DNA from: Candidatus Poseidoniaceae archaeon
GTDB taxonomy: Archaea; Thermoplasmatota; Poseidoniia; Poseidoniales; Poseidoniaceae
NCBI GenBank assembly: GCA_030747695.1
Contig: JASLKG010000007.1
Coordinates: forward strand, 2,261 to 66,260
DNA: 64,000 bases
Direction: 5' to 3'
The notes beneath the pieces are model-generated. The model ran no database searches, had not been told where the DNA came from, and worked only from the letters and a program-made list of their open reading frames with translations. Position numbers and translations under genes: made by a program. Shown in pieces: positions 36,008 through 44,741 of this stretch (position 1 is its first letter; every line of letters starts with the position of its first letter).

Positions 36008-37327
36008 ATGACTGGGACAAAAACTAGTACTGGTGCTTTAGGAGTATTATTTCTAGTTGTTATGATTGATATGATTGGATTTGGAATAATAATTCCATTC
36101 CTTACTTATTTCATTGAAGACCTTGCGACTGCTGAAGGTTTGCTTGAATTTGGTTTGTGGGTAGGATTGATGATGTCTGCGTATTCAGCCGCACAATTTT
36201 TGTTTTCTCCATTTTGGGGTTCATTATCGGATAGAATGGGCCGTAAACCAATAATTATCGCAGGTTTAGTAGGAAATAGCGTATTTTTCACAATTTTCGG
36301 AATGTCTACTAGTCTTATTATGGCCTTAATTGCAAGGTTTATGGCTGGTGCATTTAATGCCAATATAGCTGTTGCAAAAGCATACATTGGAGATGTATCA
36401 GATCACTTGAACTTAGCAAAGCGGATGGGGTTAATCGGTGCAGCATTTGGAGTGGGATTTACAATCGGCCCATTTATTGGTGGCGAATTTTCTAATCCAG
36501 CAAGCAAATGGAATTTATTTACAGATACAATTTTTGCAACTTATCCATATTTACTCCCATGTGTAATAGCATCCGTCCTTTCAATAATTTCTTTATTTCT
36601 TGCAATAAAATGGCTGCCTGAAAGTAAATTTACCGATAACGATGCATCCAAAACATCATTGAATCCTGTAAAGCAACTCAGTAGCATAGTTTTTGATCTA
36701 AAGCGCGTAATGGCAATGCCACAACTTGGCAATTTACTAATGGTCAGCGTATTATTTATGTATGGATTTACAATCATGCATGCTAGTTTTGTATTATTTA
36801 CTGAATGGGGATTAGGTTTCGATGAGGCTGAAAACGGGAGGGTGTTTTTGTTGATTGGCTTGAATGGATTGTTAATCCAAGGTGTATTAATTGGGAAATT
36901 AACTAATAAATTTGGTTCAATGAAATTAATGCGCTGGGGCACTCTAATTTGTGGAATTGGTTTGACACTAATACCTCATGTTTCAACAGAATTTGTTTGG
37001 CTGACTATGTCAATTGTCGTACTAATGATTTCAACAGGAAATAGCCTATTCCAACCCTCTTATATGGCAATATTAGCACAAGAAACTAAACATCAAGGAT
37101 ACGAAATGGGATTGGTTATGGGTACTCAAGAATCGGCTTCGGCTTTTGCACGAATCTTTGGTCCACTGACCGGAGGAATTGTATGGGATTTATCTGTGAA
37201 CAAAACCGGATTAGTTTCTGATGCCACAACGTTTCATCTTTGTGGGTTAATGTTGTTAGCGGCATTTTTATTGCAATTTAGAATTAAGGCCTCCAATGAA
37301 ATGATTAGTGAAAACTTCCAAGAGTAG
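36008..37327 (+). CDS. MFS transporter (drug:H+ antiporter-like)
   Basis: About 12 hydrophobic segments and MFS motif A GSLSDRMGRKPIIIAGL. A strong SD (AGGTGAGG) sits 4 nt upstream of the ATG. Confidence 0.85.
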   Translation: MTGTKTSTGALGVLFLVVMIDMIGFGIIIPFLTYFIEDLATAEGLLEFGLWVGLMMSAYSAAQFLFSPFWGSLSDRMGRKPIIIAGLVGNSVFFTIFGMSTSLIMALIARFMAGAFNANIAVAKAYIGDVSDHLNLAKRMGLIGAAFGVGFTIGPFIGGEFSNPASKWNLFTDTIFATYPYLLPCVIASVLSIISLFLAIKWLPESKFTDNDASKTSLNPVKQLSSIVFDLKRVMAMPQLGNLLMVSVLFMYGFTIMHASFVLFTEWGLGFDEAENGRVFLLIGLNGLLIQGVLIGKLTNKFGSMKLMRWGTLICGIGLTLIPHVSTEFVWLTMSIVVLMISTGNSLFQPSYMAILAQETKHQGYEMGLVMGTQESASAFARIFGPLTGGIVWDLSVNKTGLVSDATTFHLCGLMLLAAFLLQFRIKASNEMISENFQE

Positions 37328-37336
37328 GGATGAGTT

Positions 37337-38767
37337 GTGGGTGTCATGGGCGATAATCAAAGTAGCAGAAGTCATCCAGTTTTTCATCAGAGGATTGCAA
37401 CGCTGTCGCATTCCGCAATACTACTTTCAATATTTGTTATCGGAATGATCTCCTTGGAAGTTGTTTTGAAACCTTTTTTCATTGCATTAGGAATTTATTT
37501 TGTGTTAAAACCAGGAGGAGATATCCTATCTAAGAATGGTTTCCCAGTTTTCCTTTCTTACCTAACTATGCTGCTATTATTTGTATTAATCTTAACTTCA
37601 ACAGCATTCTTTGCGTGGTCACAGGCTCAAGATTTAGCAGATGATACATCACGCCAGGCTGAATACAATGAAAAGTTAGATGAGCGGTGGAACAAATTGA
37701 AAAATTTGCCAATTATCGGTCCAGCAATCAAAGAAGCAGTCAAGGATGGGACCGGAACTTTGGGAGGAGATCTTGAAGATTTGGGGGTCGGTTCTGGAGG
37801 GCAAGTAACCGATATTGTTGTCTCTATGGTTAGTGGAGTAGGTAGTTTATTGACAACAGGAGTAACAGTGTTGTTTTTCTTAATTTTTATCATCTTCGAG
37901 GCGCATTTGTTGCCCGATCGAATAGAGAGAGCATGGCCAGGAGGAGCCTCTGAACGAGTAGAAATTGTACGCCAACAAATACAAGAAAGTGTCAATACAT
38001 ATGTTGTAGTGAAAACCGGTTGTGGTTTGGGTTCAGCATTTATTGCTGGAGCAATTATGTGGGCCTTTGGAATTGATTTGTGGTTTGTATGGGCCGTAAT
38101 GACATTTGTAATGAATTATGTCCCATATATTGGATCACTAATTGCTACGATACCTCCTTTGATTTTGGGCCTCATTCTGCTAAAACCATTAGGCCTAGTA
38201 GTTATGGCATTGATGCTGTTAGCAAATCAACAGATTTGGGGCAATTATATCGAGACTAAATGGGCAGGAAGAGCTTTGGATTTATCTCCCGTGATTTTGT
38301 TGTTAGTAACTGCATTTTCATTCTGGTTATGGGGAATCACAGGGATGATCTTAGCAGTTCCGTTAATCGTTATTGTAAAAATTGTACTTGAAAACATCGA
38401 GGAAACCCGCCCAATTGCCATTTTGTTATCTGAAAGGGCACCAACTTTGGATGAGGCATGGAGGGATGCATTACGAGATGGCATCGTGTCTGCAGGCGAA
38501 TCACATAAACTCGATGAGTTGAGGAAAATGTTGGGAGTTTCAGAATCAGAAGTTGTCACTATTGCTGGAAGATCAGCTGTGCACACTGCTCTGAAAAGGA
38601 ATAGAATACTACGTGGAGAAATCGATTTCATCGTAGAGGCTGCACGTGGCACACATCTTGAGAACCAAATAACAATGAAACTAAAGGTAGGACGCCTCGT
38701 CAAAGAAATGCGTCCCTTATTGATTGACTTAGTAGAAGAATTAGATTCACCTTCAGAAGAAGAATAA
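37337..38767 (+). CDS. AI-2E/PerM (UPF0118) family transporter with an extra cytoplasmic C-terminal domain
   Basis: The family core is FVMNYVPYIGSLIATIPPLILGL ... LWGITGMILAVPLIVIVKIVLEN. The start is GTG 37337 or ATG 37346. Confidence 0.7.
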   Translation: MGVMGDNQSSRSHPVFHQRIATLSHSAILLSIFVIGMISLEVVLKPFFIALGIYFVLKPGGDILSKNGFPVFLSYLTMLLLFVLILTSTAFFAWSQAQDLADDTSRQAEYNEKLDERWNKLKNLPIIGPAIKEAVKDGTGTLGGDLEDLGVGSGGQVTDIVVSMVSGVGSLLTTGVTVLFFLIFIIFEAHLLPDRIERAWPGGASERVEIVRQQIQESVNTYVVVKTGCGLGSAFIAGAIMWAFGIDLWFVWAVMTFVMNYVPYIGSLIATIPPLILGLILLKPLGLVVMALMLLANQQIWGNYIETKWAGRALDLSPVILLLVTAFSFWLWGITGMILAVPLIVIVKIVLENIEETRPIAILLSERAPTLDEAWRDALRDGIVSAGESHKLDELRKMLGVSESEVVTIAGRSAVHTALKRNRILRGEIDFIVEAARGTHLENQITMKLKVGRLVKEMRPLLIDLVEELDSPSEEE

Positions 38768-39046
38768 TCACAAAGTTTCTCTTAGGATTTTTTCTAATTC
38801 AGTATTTATCATAAGGATTAATGTGCCAAATTCCGGTGGCATATTAGGGTCTTCGTAAAGTTCCTCTAACTTGTTCTGTGTGATTGCGATTCTTACATCC
38901 ATTTGTTTGGATTTGTTTAGTAACCACTGGTCACATGCATCCTTGGCACCTTTTCTGATATTTCTTGGAACTTTAGGATCATCAATTTGATTAATCACTG
39001 AGGCGATTTGTCCCAATCTTGTTTCGATATCGGAAATTAAAATCAC
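38768..39046 (-). CDS. UPF0147-family small archaeal protein
   Basis: PKVPRNIRKGAKDA..L and EDPNMPPEFGTLILMI match my recollection of the UPF0147 signature (VPRNIRR.A ... DPNMP...RT.IW). The protein is 92 aa. Confidence 0.6.
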   Translation of the reverse strand: MILISDIETRLGQIASVINQIDDPKVPRNIRKGAKDACDQWLLNKSKQMDVRIAITQNKLEELYEDPNMPPEFGTLILMINTELEKILRETL

Positions 39047-39116
39047 CTACGCGAAGCCCCGCGCAAACCGTGGTCGAGTGTAGCGGATTTAAGGTGATTG
39101 CCGCCATCCGTCACAC

Positions 39117-40085
39117 ATGGACCCGGGCCAAGTCATTTCATGGACGAGGGTCCTGGTGCTTTTCTTTGCATTAGGAATCGCTGCATGGCTTGACAATAAA
39201 GAAAGAAGAGTGCCAAACAATTTTTGGATTACATGGTCCAAACCAGCAATTTTCCTATGGACTCTTGATCTGATGATAAATAATGCACCATGGTATGTTT
39301 ATGCATCAGCAGCTGGAATGGTTGCATACGCCTCAATTGCAGTAATTGGAAGGCCTACATCAAGTGATATTCTTGATGGAAACCGATTGGACATTGTGGT
39401 ATCTTTATGGTATGTCATTGGAATAGTTGGAATAATTCAGGGTATCACATTACATGGTTCGCTTGGAATTGATGTAATTAATGGCGTTGCAGATAACGAG
39501 GCTATGTTATGGTGGTCGACCATTGCAGTTGCCTTGCCGATTTTCCTTGTAGATTTTGCATGGAGGATGCGATTGATACATGGCGGTGCAGATTCTAAAT
39601 GTTTGATGTGGGTTGCTATATTGATTCCAAATTGGGAATCAGTACCAATCTTGTATCCAAGCGAACCGCTGCTCTCATTGCCTCCTGCAATTGCTTTGTT
39701 AATGTGGGGTGGCGCAGTATTTATCATTCTACCATTTATTTTCATAATAGTAAATCTGCTGCGAGGAGGAGGGCCTATTAAGTTGATATGGCATGCGTAT
39801 CAACTTGATTTAGAGGAGGCTCAAAATAGGCATGTCTGGATCTTGACATCAATTGTTGAAATGCCCAATGAGGGTAGAAAAATAATGCATAAAACACGAG
39901 CCCCTAGTAGAACACCTAGCAACAATGAGATTCAGAAATTAATCGAGGAGTTGAAGGAGAATGATGTTGATACTGTGTGGGTAACACCAAAATTACCTTT
40001 GCTAGCATTTTTGTGGCCTAGTGTTTTGCCACTAGTACTAATAGGCGGGCCAATGGCATATATTATGCCATTATTAGGACTTTGA
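39117..40085 (+). CDS. Polytopic membrane protein, probable A24-family prepilin/preflagellin-type aspartic peptidase
   Basis: AAWLDNKERRVPNNFWI resembles the first Asp motif (D..R.IPN). LIHGGADSKCLMWVAIL resembles the G.GD.K second Asp motif. The spacing between the two Asp is longer than in FlaK/PibD, so the call is tentative. Confidence 0.45.
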   Translation: MDPGQVISWTRVLVLFFALGIAAWLDNKERRVPNNFWITWSKPAIFLWTLDLMINNAPWYVYASAAGMVAYASIAVIGRPTSSDILDGNRLDIVVSLWYVIGIVGIIQGITLHGSLGIDVINGVADNEAMLWWSTIAVALPIFLVDFAWRMRLIHGGADSKCLMWVAILIPNWESVPILYPSEPLLSLPPAIALLMWGGAVFIILPFIFIIVNLLRGGGPIKLIWHAYQLDLEEAQNRHVWILTSIVEMPNEGRKIMHKTRAPSRTPSNNEIQKLIEELKENDVDTVWVTPKLPLLAFLWPSVLPLVLIGGPMAYIMPLLGL

Positions 40086-40087
40086 GA

Positions 40088-40237
40088 TCAAACACCTTTG
40101 CGTTCAACATTCTTTGGGCGTAGACCCTTATATCCACATTTCCGGCATGCTGCAGCACGGAATGCATTACGCGCATTGCACTTCATACAAATCTTACGAT
40201 GTAGGAGTCGTGCTTCTGCCTCAGGGAATCTAGCCAT
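40088..40237 (-). CDS. rpl40e: 50S ribosomal protein L40e (eL40)
   Basis: Below the ORF-track length cutoff. My translation is [49 protein letters not shown] (49 aa). It has the CxxC..CxxC zinc ribbon and the [11 protein letters not shown]-terminus typical of archaeal L40e. The opposite-strand track ORF 40098..40358 is therefore spurious. Confidence 0.85.
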   Translation of the reverse strand: MARFPEAEARLLHRKICMKCNARNAFRAAACRKCGYKGLRPKNVERKGV

Positions 40238-40259
40238 ATTTGCGCCGACCGACTCCCTC

Positions 40260-40266
40260 TATTTAA
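40260..40266 (-). promoter_or_regulatory. Candidate TATA box (TTAAATA on minus strand) for rpl40e
   Basis: It lies 23-29 nt upstream of the rpl40e ATG (40237), which fits a leaderless or near-leaderless archaeal transcript. The same AT element could also serve the divergent 40312 gene. Confidence 0.35.
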
Positions 40267-40311
40267 CCTTGAAGAGGTTAGTTAGTGGTGTGATTGAAGG
40301 AGTAAAACCTC

Positions 40312-41085
40312 TTGGGAGTGACTGTGCGAATAGTTCGGCTACCGGGGATTCATCATGATTCCAACGCAGTTTTACTAATTGGTTCCGAATCATCATTACT
40401 GGTCGATACAGGAACTACTTGGTATCAAATGCTGCAGGTAGAACGTATATTGGGCCATATTTCTAAAGACGGGCTTCAAAGAATCTTGTTGACATCCAGG
40501 CGTTATCCATTTGCAGGAGCAGCTAAGCACATAAGTCAAGAAATGGGCAATATTCCAATACATATACACCAGAGTGCTATTTCAGTCATGCAGACTGGTG
40601 ATTTCTTTTCGACATGGGCTAATCGTTATGATTCTGATATGCCCTCAACAGAATGTATGCCGGTAAATCAAGGTGACAAATTCAGTGTCGGCGATGGATC
40701 CCTAACAGCAATTTCACTTCCAGGGCATTGCCCTGATGGGACTGGTTATTTTGAATCTCAAAGAGGCGTATTAATCGCAGGCGCCGTATTACCGCGCGCA
40801 GACAATCCTTCACGTTGGGATATGCCGGGGGGAGATCTCACAGAATTGATTTCTTCCTTGAAATTGATTCATGAATTGGCACCATCAAATATTGTTCCGG
40901 CAAGGGGCCCATCGATTAAGGGAGAGAACCATATTGATGAAGTGTTGAATCGACATTTGGTGTTTTTAGAGAATTGTGCAGATGGCGAAGGCAAACCTCC
41001 TAAGAGTTGGCCTAGACCAGCAAATACTGCTTATTTTTTGGTACCAGACTCGCCATGGCCTCTGTTGGAAAAGGAATCAAGCTGA
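40312..41085 (+). CDS. Metallo-beta-lactamase-fold protein with a degenerate HxHxDH motif
   Basis: MBL-like order is present: NAVLLIGSESSLLVDTGT, then LLTSRRYPFAGAA where THxHxDHxGG is expected, and later SLPGHCPDG (PGHTPG-like). TTG start; alternative GTG starts at 40318 and 40324. Confidence 0.55.
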   Translation: MGVTVRIVRLPGIHHDSNAVLLIGSESSLLVDTGTTWYQMLQVERILGHISKDGLQRILLTSRRYPFAGAAKHISQEMGNIPIHIHQSAISVMQTGDFFSTWANRYDSDMPSTECMPVNQGDKFSVGDGSLTAISLPGHCPDGTGYFESQRGVLIAGAVLPRADNPSRWDMPGGDLTELISSLKLIHELAPSNIVPARGPSIKGENHIDEVLNRHLVFLENCADGEGKPPKSWPRPANTAYFLVPDSPWPLLEKESS

Positions 41086-41586
41086 AACAAGAATTTTGGA
41101 GTTATCATAAAGAGTATGATTCCATTCAATTTCTTTGGTTTCCCATCCCTGACTTATTCTCAAAATTCTACCTGCCATTATCACTCCTGAGACTGGATGC
41201 TCTAATTCAAGGATTCTCCTTACCCCTCCAGGTATGTCTTTACCAACAAGGTATACCGTTCCATCATCACAACCTGCAATCAAACTATTATTATGTAAAT
41301 TAGATACACAAATAGATCTTATGGGTGAACTTGTTGTGAACGAACAAATAGTTTCCATTGTACCTATGTCAATCAGATTCACTCTTCCGGAATTATCTCC
41401 TACAACTACAGTTTTTATGTCCCCGTCAGGATCAAATAATCCGAGTAATGCTGTTGCTAAGGCATTGATTTTGGTTTTTTGTTTCTGACCACATCTAGGG
41501 TTCCAAATTATGTATCCATCGTCCATGGCAACAATGTAACCACTAGGTACAATCATCGATCTCACTATGCTTCTAATATGTCTCAT
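41077..41586 (-). CDS. Hypothetical protein with WD40/beta-propeller-like repeats
   Basis: Repeated strand patterns are present: GYIVAMDDGYIIWN, VVVGDNSGRVNLIDIGT, SLIAGCDDGTVYLVG. At 169 aa it is too short for a full propeller. Confidence 0.4.
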   Translation of the reverse strand: MRHIRSIVRSMIVPSGYIVAMDDGYIIWNPRCGQKQKTKINALATALLGLFDPDGDIKTVVVGDNSGRVNLIDIGTMETICSFTTSSPIRSICVSNLHNNSLIAGCDDGTVYLVGKDIPGGVRRILELEHPVSGVIMAGRILRISQGWETKEIEWNHTLYDNSKILVSA

Positions 41587-41654
41587 GACAAATGAAATAT
41601 GGAACTATGGTCTACATTCATTTCGTAGACCCTTAAGGTGAAAGTGAAAGTGAA

Positions 41655-41942
41655 TCAGTAGTGTCCAATATCGTCTTTGTTATCCTTTTTCCAAACTTTA
41701 TAGCAAGACTTACACACTCTCACGCGATTTTTCCTTACCGCAAATGTGCCTTCGCCCCATGTATCAATTGCATTTTCTTGTGATAATGACCTACCACCCA
41801 TGTGTTTATCCGAAAAACCATCACAGGAATTAATCCCGCAAGACATTTCACCACTCTTTGCAGCAACTTTCTTCTTATCCTTTTTCCGACTAGCAGATGG
41901 AATCCTCACCTTGCGCTGAGTTTGATTGGTACGGCGGCCCAT
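41655..41942 (-). CDS. Small basic Cys-containing protein (about 95 aa), unknown function
   Basis: Track ORF 41655..42023 overlaps the tfb 3' end. Internal ATG 41942 gives MGRRTNQTQRKVRIPSASRKKDKKKV..CGINSCDG..H..CKSCYKVWKK, which is Lys/Arg-rich with a possible Zn site. Confidence 0.4.
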   Translation of the reverse strand: MGRRTNQTQRKVRIPSASRKKDKKKVAAKSGEMSCGINSCDGFSDKHMGGRSLSQENAIDTWGEGTFAVRKNRVRVCKSCYKVWKKDNKDDIGHY

Positions 41943-41979
41943 GCATGTTCCCGTGTGAATAGAACAAATGAATATTACC

Positions 41980-43011
41980 TCAATTAACCCTTTGAATTCC
42001 CAAGCGATTAAGCAGACCATCAATCAGTTTGATCAATCCGCGCATCGTTACTTCTGATACGCCCGCAATTTTACAAATTTCAGCTTGAGTGCGAGGGCTC
42101 CCAACTTCTTTTGCCGCCATATAGATTAGAGTAGCAGCAACACCCATCGGCTTTTTGCCTTGCCACACTTCTTCATGGGGTTTGATAGCACCCCATAAAA
42201 AGTCAAGATTTGATAGTGTCTTTGGAGGTAATTCTAAATCGGAAACGAATTTATGAAAATATTCCGAAGGCTTTGTAATTTTGTGCATATTTAATTTACG
42301 ACTAATTTGTCTAATTAACCTCGACAACTCTTTTTCATCAACTTGAAAATTATTTGCAATTTCAGGGATTCTCCGAGGTAAATTTTCTTCTCTTGCAACA
42401 AGATAAGTGCAAGCGGCAGTAACTCCTGCAATCGATCTACCAGTGACATAACCCTCATGTGAAAGCCGTCTGTACAATCGGGCCGTCTCTTCTTGTAATG
42501 GCTTAGGTAGTTCCGATTTATCGCGGATGAATTGGTTTGCTTTTACTAGGTTTCTAGCTCTACTTTGTCGTGTTTTGGAGCGTTCATCTATTACGCGTCG
42601 CCTTCTCCAATCCCTGCGGCCACGGGCATTCATCCCGTTTCGAGATGCTCCACTGGAGGTTAAATCCGAAGCTGAGATACTGGTATTAAGTCCTCTATCT
42701 GCCAGGGTGTATGTTGTAGGTGAACCTACTCGTGACCGATCATTATTTGAATCATAATTAGTCCATTCAGCACCAGGGTCTACAACATTTTCTTCAACGA
42801 CTAATCCACAAGAATTACAAATTACTTCGCCTCGATTTATGTCATCAGTCCAGTCAGTTTGTCCACATTCATCACAGGGTCTATTTTGTCCAGCTGTGAT
42901 TCTACGACTTGGTCTTGAATTTCCTATACTTGGTCGTTGAAAATTATCTCGTTGGTTAATGTCCTGCGTCTTTTTTGCATCTTTGGGTTCCGTATTGGTC
43001 ATTCTTTTCAA
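41980..43011 (-). CDS. tfb: Transcription initiation factor IIB (TFB)
   Basis: The zinc ribbon is CDECGQTDWTDDINRGEVICNSCGLVVEEN. Two cyclin-like repeats follow (ARNLVKANQFI.., GRSIAGVTAACTYLVAREE, KPMGVAATLIYMAAKE, QAEICKIAGVSEVTMR). The start is TTG 43011 or ATG 43002. Confidence 0.92.
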   Translation of the reverse strand: MKRMTNTEPKDAKKTQDINQRDNFQRPSIGNSRPSRRITAGQNRPCDECGQTDWTDDINRGEVICNSCGLVVEENVVDPGAEWTNYDSNNDRSRVGSPTTYTLADRGLNTSISASDLTSSGASRNGMNARGRRDWRRRRVIDERSKTRQSRARNLVKANQFIRDKSELPKPLQEETARLYRRLSHEGYVTGRSIAGVTAACTYLVAREENLPRRIPEIANNFQVDEKELSRLIRQISRKLNMHKITKPSEYFHKFVSDLELPPKTLSNLDFLWGAIKPHEEVWQGKKPMGVAATLIYMAAKEVGSPRTQAEICKIAGVSEVTMRGLIKLIDGLLNRLGIQRVN

Positions 43012-43038
43012 CTCCGAGTTGTATAGTGGTGCCAGAGG

Positions 43039-43046
43039 TATTTAAA
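43039..43046 (-). promoter_or_regulatory. Candidate TATA box (TTTAAATA on minus strand) for tfb
   Basis: It lies 28 nt upstream of the TTG and 37 nt upstream of the ATG of tfb, within a 205-bp AT-rich divergent intergenic region. Confidence 0.4.
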
Positions 43047-43288
43047 CACTTCGTTATATTATGTCTAGATTAATGCCTAACTGCTCAGATGTAAATATTT
43101 ATTATCGTAGAAATATAACCGGGCCGTTTAACTTTTAATCAGTCATCATTGTTCTCTTATTTATCTATATGATTTTAACTTGAAAATTTTAGTTTTGAAT
43201 CCCAATCGTTAGAGATTTGAATCAATTTGTAATTGATTGCTTAGCACATAGTTCATGGAGTGAACACTACCAGCAACACCTGAGAAGC

Positions 43289-44575
43289 ATGCCAGCGAGT
43301 GTTGTGTTAGGCGCCCAGTGGGGCGATGAAGGTAAGGGAAAACTTGTCGATAGGTTGGCAGAAAGTGCAACATGGGTTGCCCGATTCCAGGGAGGTAACA
43401 ATGCCGGACATACTGTGGTAATAGGAGACCGTGTTCTGAAGTTTCATTTACTACCCTCGGGTATTACTAGGGAAGAATGTGGATTAGTTCTTGGTGATGG
43501 CATGGTCATTGACCCGTGGGTCCTTGATAGAGAATTATCCGATTGGGTTGAAGGAGGTGGAACCGATCCTACTGGTTCTAGATTGTTTATTTCCAATCGG
43601 GCGCACATTATACTTCCATTCCATACTTATGTCGATGGACTTGATAAGAAGATTGGAACTACTGGCAGAGGAATTGGGCCTACGTATGCCGATAAAATCA
43701 ATCGTATTGGTTTGAGATTTGCTGATTTGAATTATTGTAATACTGATGAAATGGCAGCAAGACAGAACACAGTTTTGGAAAGTGTGGGTTGTACGCAAAG
43801 AGTTTCTTCAGATGAATTACGGGAACAAATTGATTGGGTAATCAATAGATTTTCTTCAGCGATAACAGATACTGGTATTCTACTAGATAATGCATTGAAG
43901 TTGGGAGAACATATTATTTTGGAAGGGGCACAAGGCTGCCTGTTAGACATTGATCAAGGAACATTCCCCTATGTTACTTCTTCAGTAACTAGTCGCGCTA
44001 ATTCGACACACGGCGCAGGTTTGCATCCTGGTCATGTAGAGAATGTTATTGGAATTACTAAGGCTTACATTACTCGAGTTGGACATGGATATATGCCTAC
44101 TGAATTATTTGATGAAGTAGGTGATCATTTGGGAACAGTAGGGCATGAATTTGGTACAACTACTGGAAGGAAAAGGCGCTGTGGGTGGTTTGATGCAGTA
44201 GTTATGAGGCATGCGAATCGGATTAATGGATTTACAGAAATAGCACTCACAAAGCTTGATGTATTGGGCGGACTTGATGAGATAAAAATATGTGTAGGAT
44301 ACAGGATGAATGGGCATGAAATCAATGAAATGCCAGCATCAGCAATAGCATTGGAAGATTGCGAGCCAATTTATGTTACCATGCCGGGTTTCCCTCTTTT
44401 ATCTGTCGAAGAATGGCTTGGCATCGCAAAGAAATGTAACACAGAAGGAATTGGATTCCAAGGCCTACCTTTTGCCGCTCAGAATTATATCAATAAATTA
44501 GAAGCATTATTGGGGGTCCCAATTACTTCAGTTGGAGTTGGACCAGATCGAGATGCAACAATCGATCGTGTGTGA
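43289..44575 (+). CDS. purA: Adenylosuccinate synthetase
   Basis: MPASVVLGAQWGDEGKGKLVD, GGNNAGHTV, GTTGRGIGPTYADK, TTTGRKRRCGWFD. The track start TTG 43217 adds 24 non-conserved residues, so ATG 43289 is preferred. Confidence 0.92.
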   Translation: MPASVVLGAQWGDEGKGKLVDRLAESATWVARFQGGNNAGHTVVIGDRVLKFHLLPSGITREECGLVLGDGMVIDPWVLDRELSDWVEGGGTDPTGSRLFISNRAHIILPFHTYVDGLDKKIGTTGRGIGPTYADKINRIGLRFADLNYCNTDEMAARQNTVLESVGCTQRVSSDELREQIDWVINRFSSAITDTGILLDNALKLGEHIILEGAQGCLLDIDQGTFPYVTSSVTSRANSTHGAGLHPGHVENVIGITKAYITRVGHGYMPTELFDEVGDHLGTVGHEFGTTTGRKRRCGWFDAVVMRHANRINGFTEIALTKLDVLGGLDEIKICVGYRMNGHEINEMPASAIALEDCEPIYVTMPGFPLLSVEEWLGIAKKCNTEGIGFQGLPFAAQNYINKLEALLGVPITSVGVGPDRDATIDRV

Positions 44576-44613
44576 AAGCCTCAAGAAGTAGTGGCTCACC
44601 CGCACGGTTACAA

Positions 44614-44689
44614 GGGCGCTTAACTCAGTTGGAAGAGTGCTTGGTTTGCAACCAAGATGCCGGGGGTTCAAATCCCCCAGTGTCCACCA
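44614..44689 (+). tRNA. tRNA-Ala (anticodon UGC), CCA encoded
   Basis: Hand-folded cloverleaf. Acceptor GGGCGCT/AGTGTCC includes the G3:U70 alanine identity pair. D arm ACTC-AGTTGGAA-GAGT. Anticodon arm CTTGG-TTTGCAA-CCAAG. T arm GGGGG-TTCAAAT-CCCCC. Discriminator A followed by CCA. Confidence 0.9.
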
Positions 44690-44741
44690 TAACATTCTGT
44701 TGTTCAGATAGGTCCATGAACAAATTCGTAATCGGAAGATT

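Noticed and set aside
40098-40358. 86-aa plus-strand ORF from the track
   Set aside because: It is antisense to a clear rpl40e gene and has an Arg/Ala/Ser-rich composition typical of a shadow frame.
41655-42023. Full-length 122-aa version of the small basic ORF
   Set aside because: Its first 27 codons overlap the 3' end of tfb and encode a hydrophobic, non-conserved-looking leader. The internal ATG at 41942 gives a coherent basic protein, so the long form is not used.
43085-43150. Possible C/D-box sRNA on the minus strand (ATGATGA ... CTGA about 55 nt apart) in the tfb-purA spacer
   Set aside because: A CTGA directly abuts the C box, so there is no guide region. There are no C'/D' boxes and no terminal stem complementarity (..AACA versus GCAG..). 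In an AT-rich promoter region these short boxes are expected by chance.
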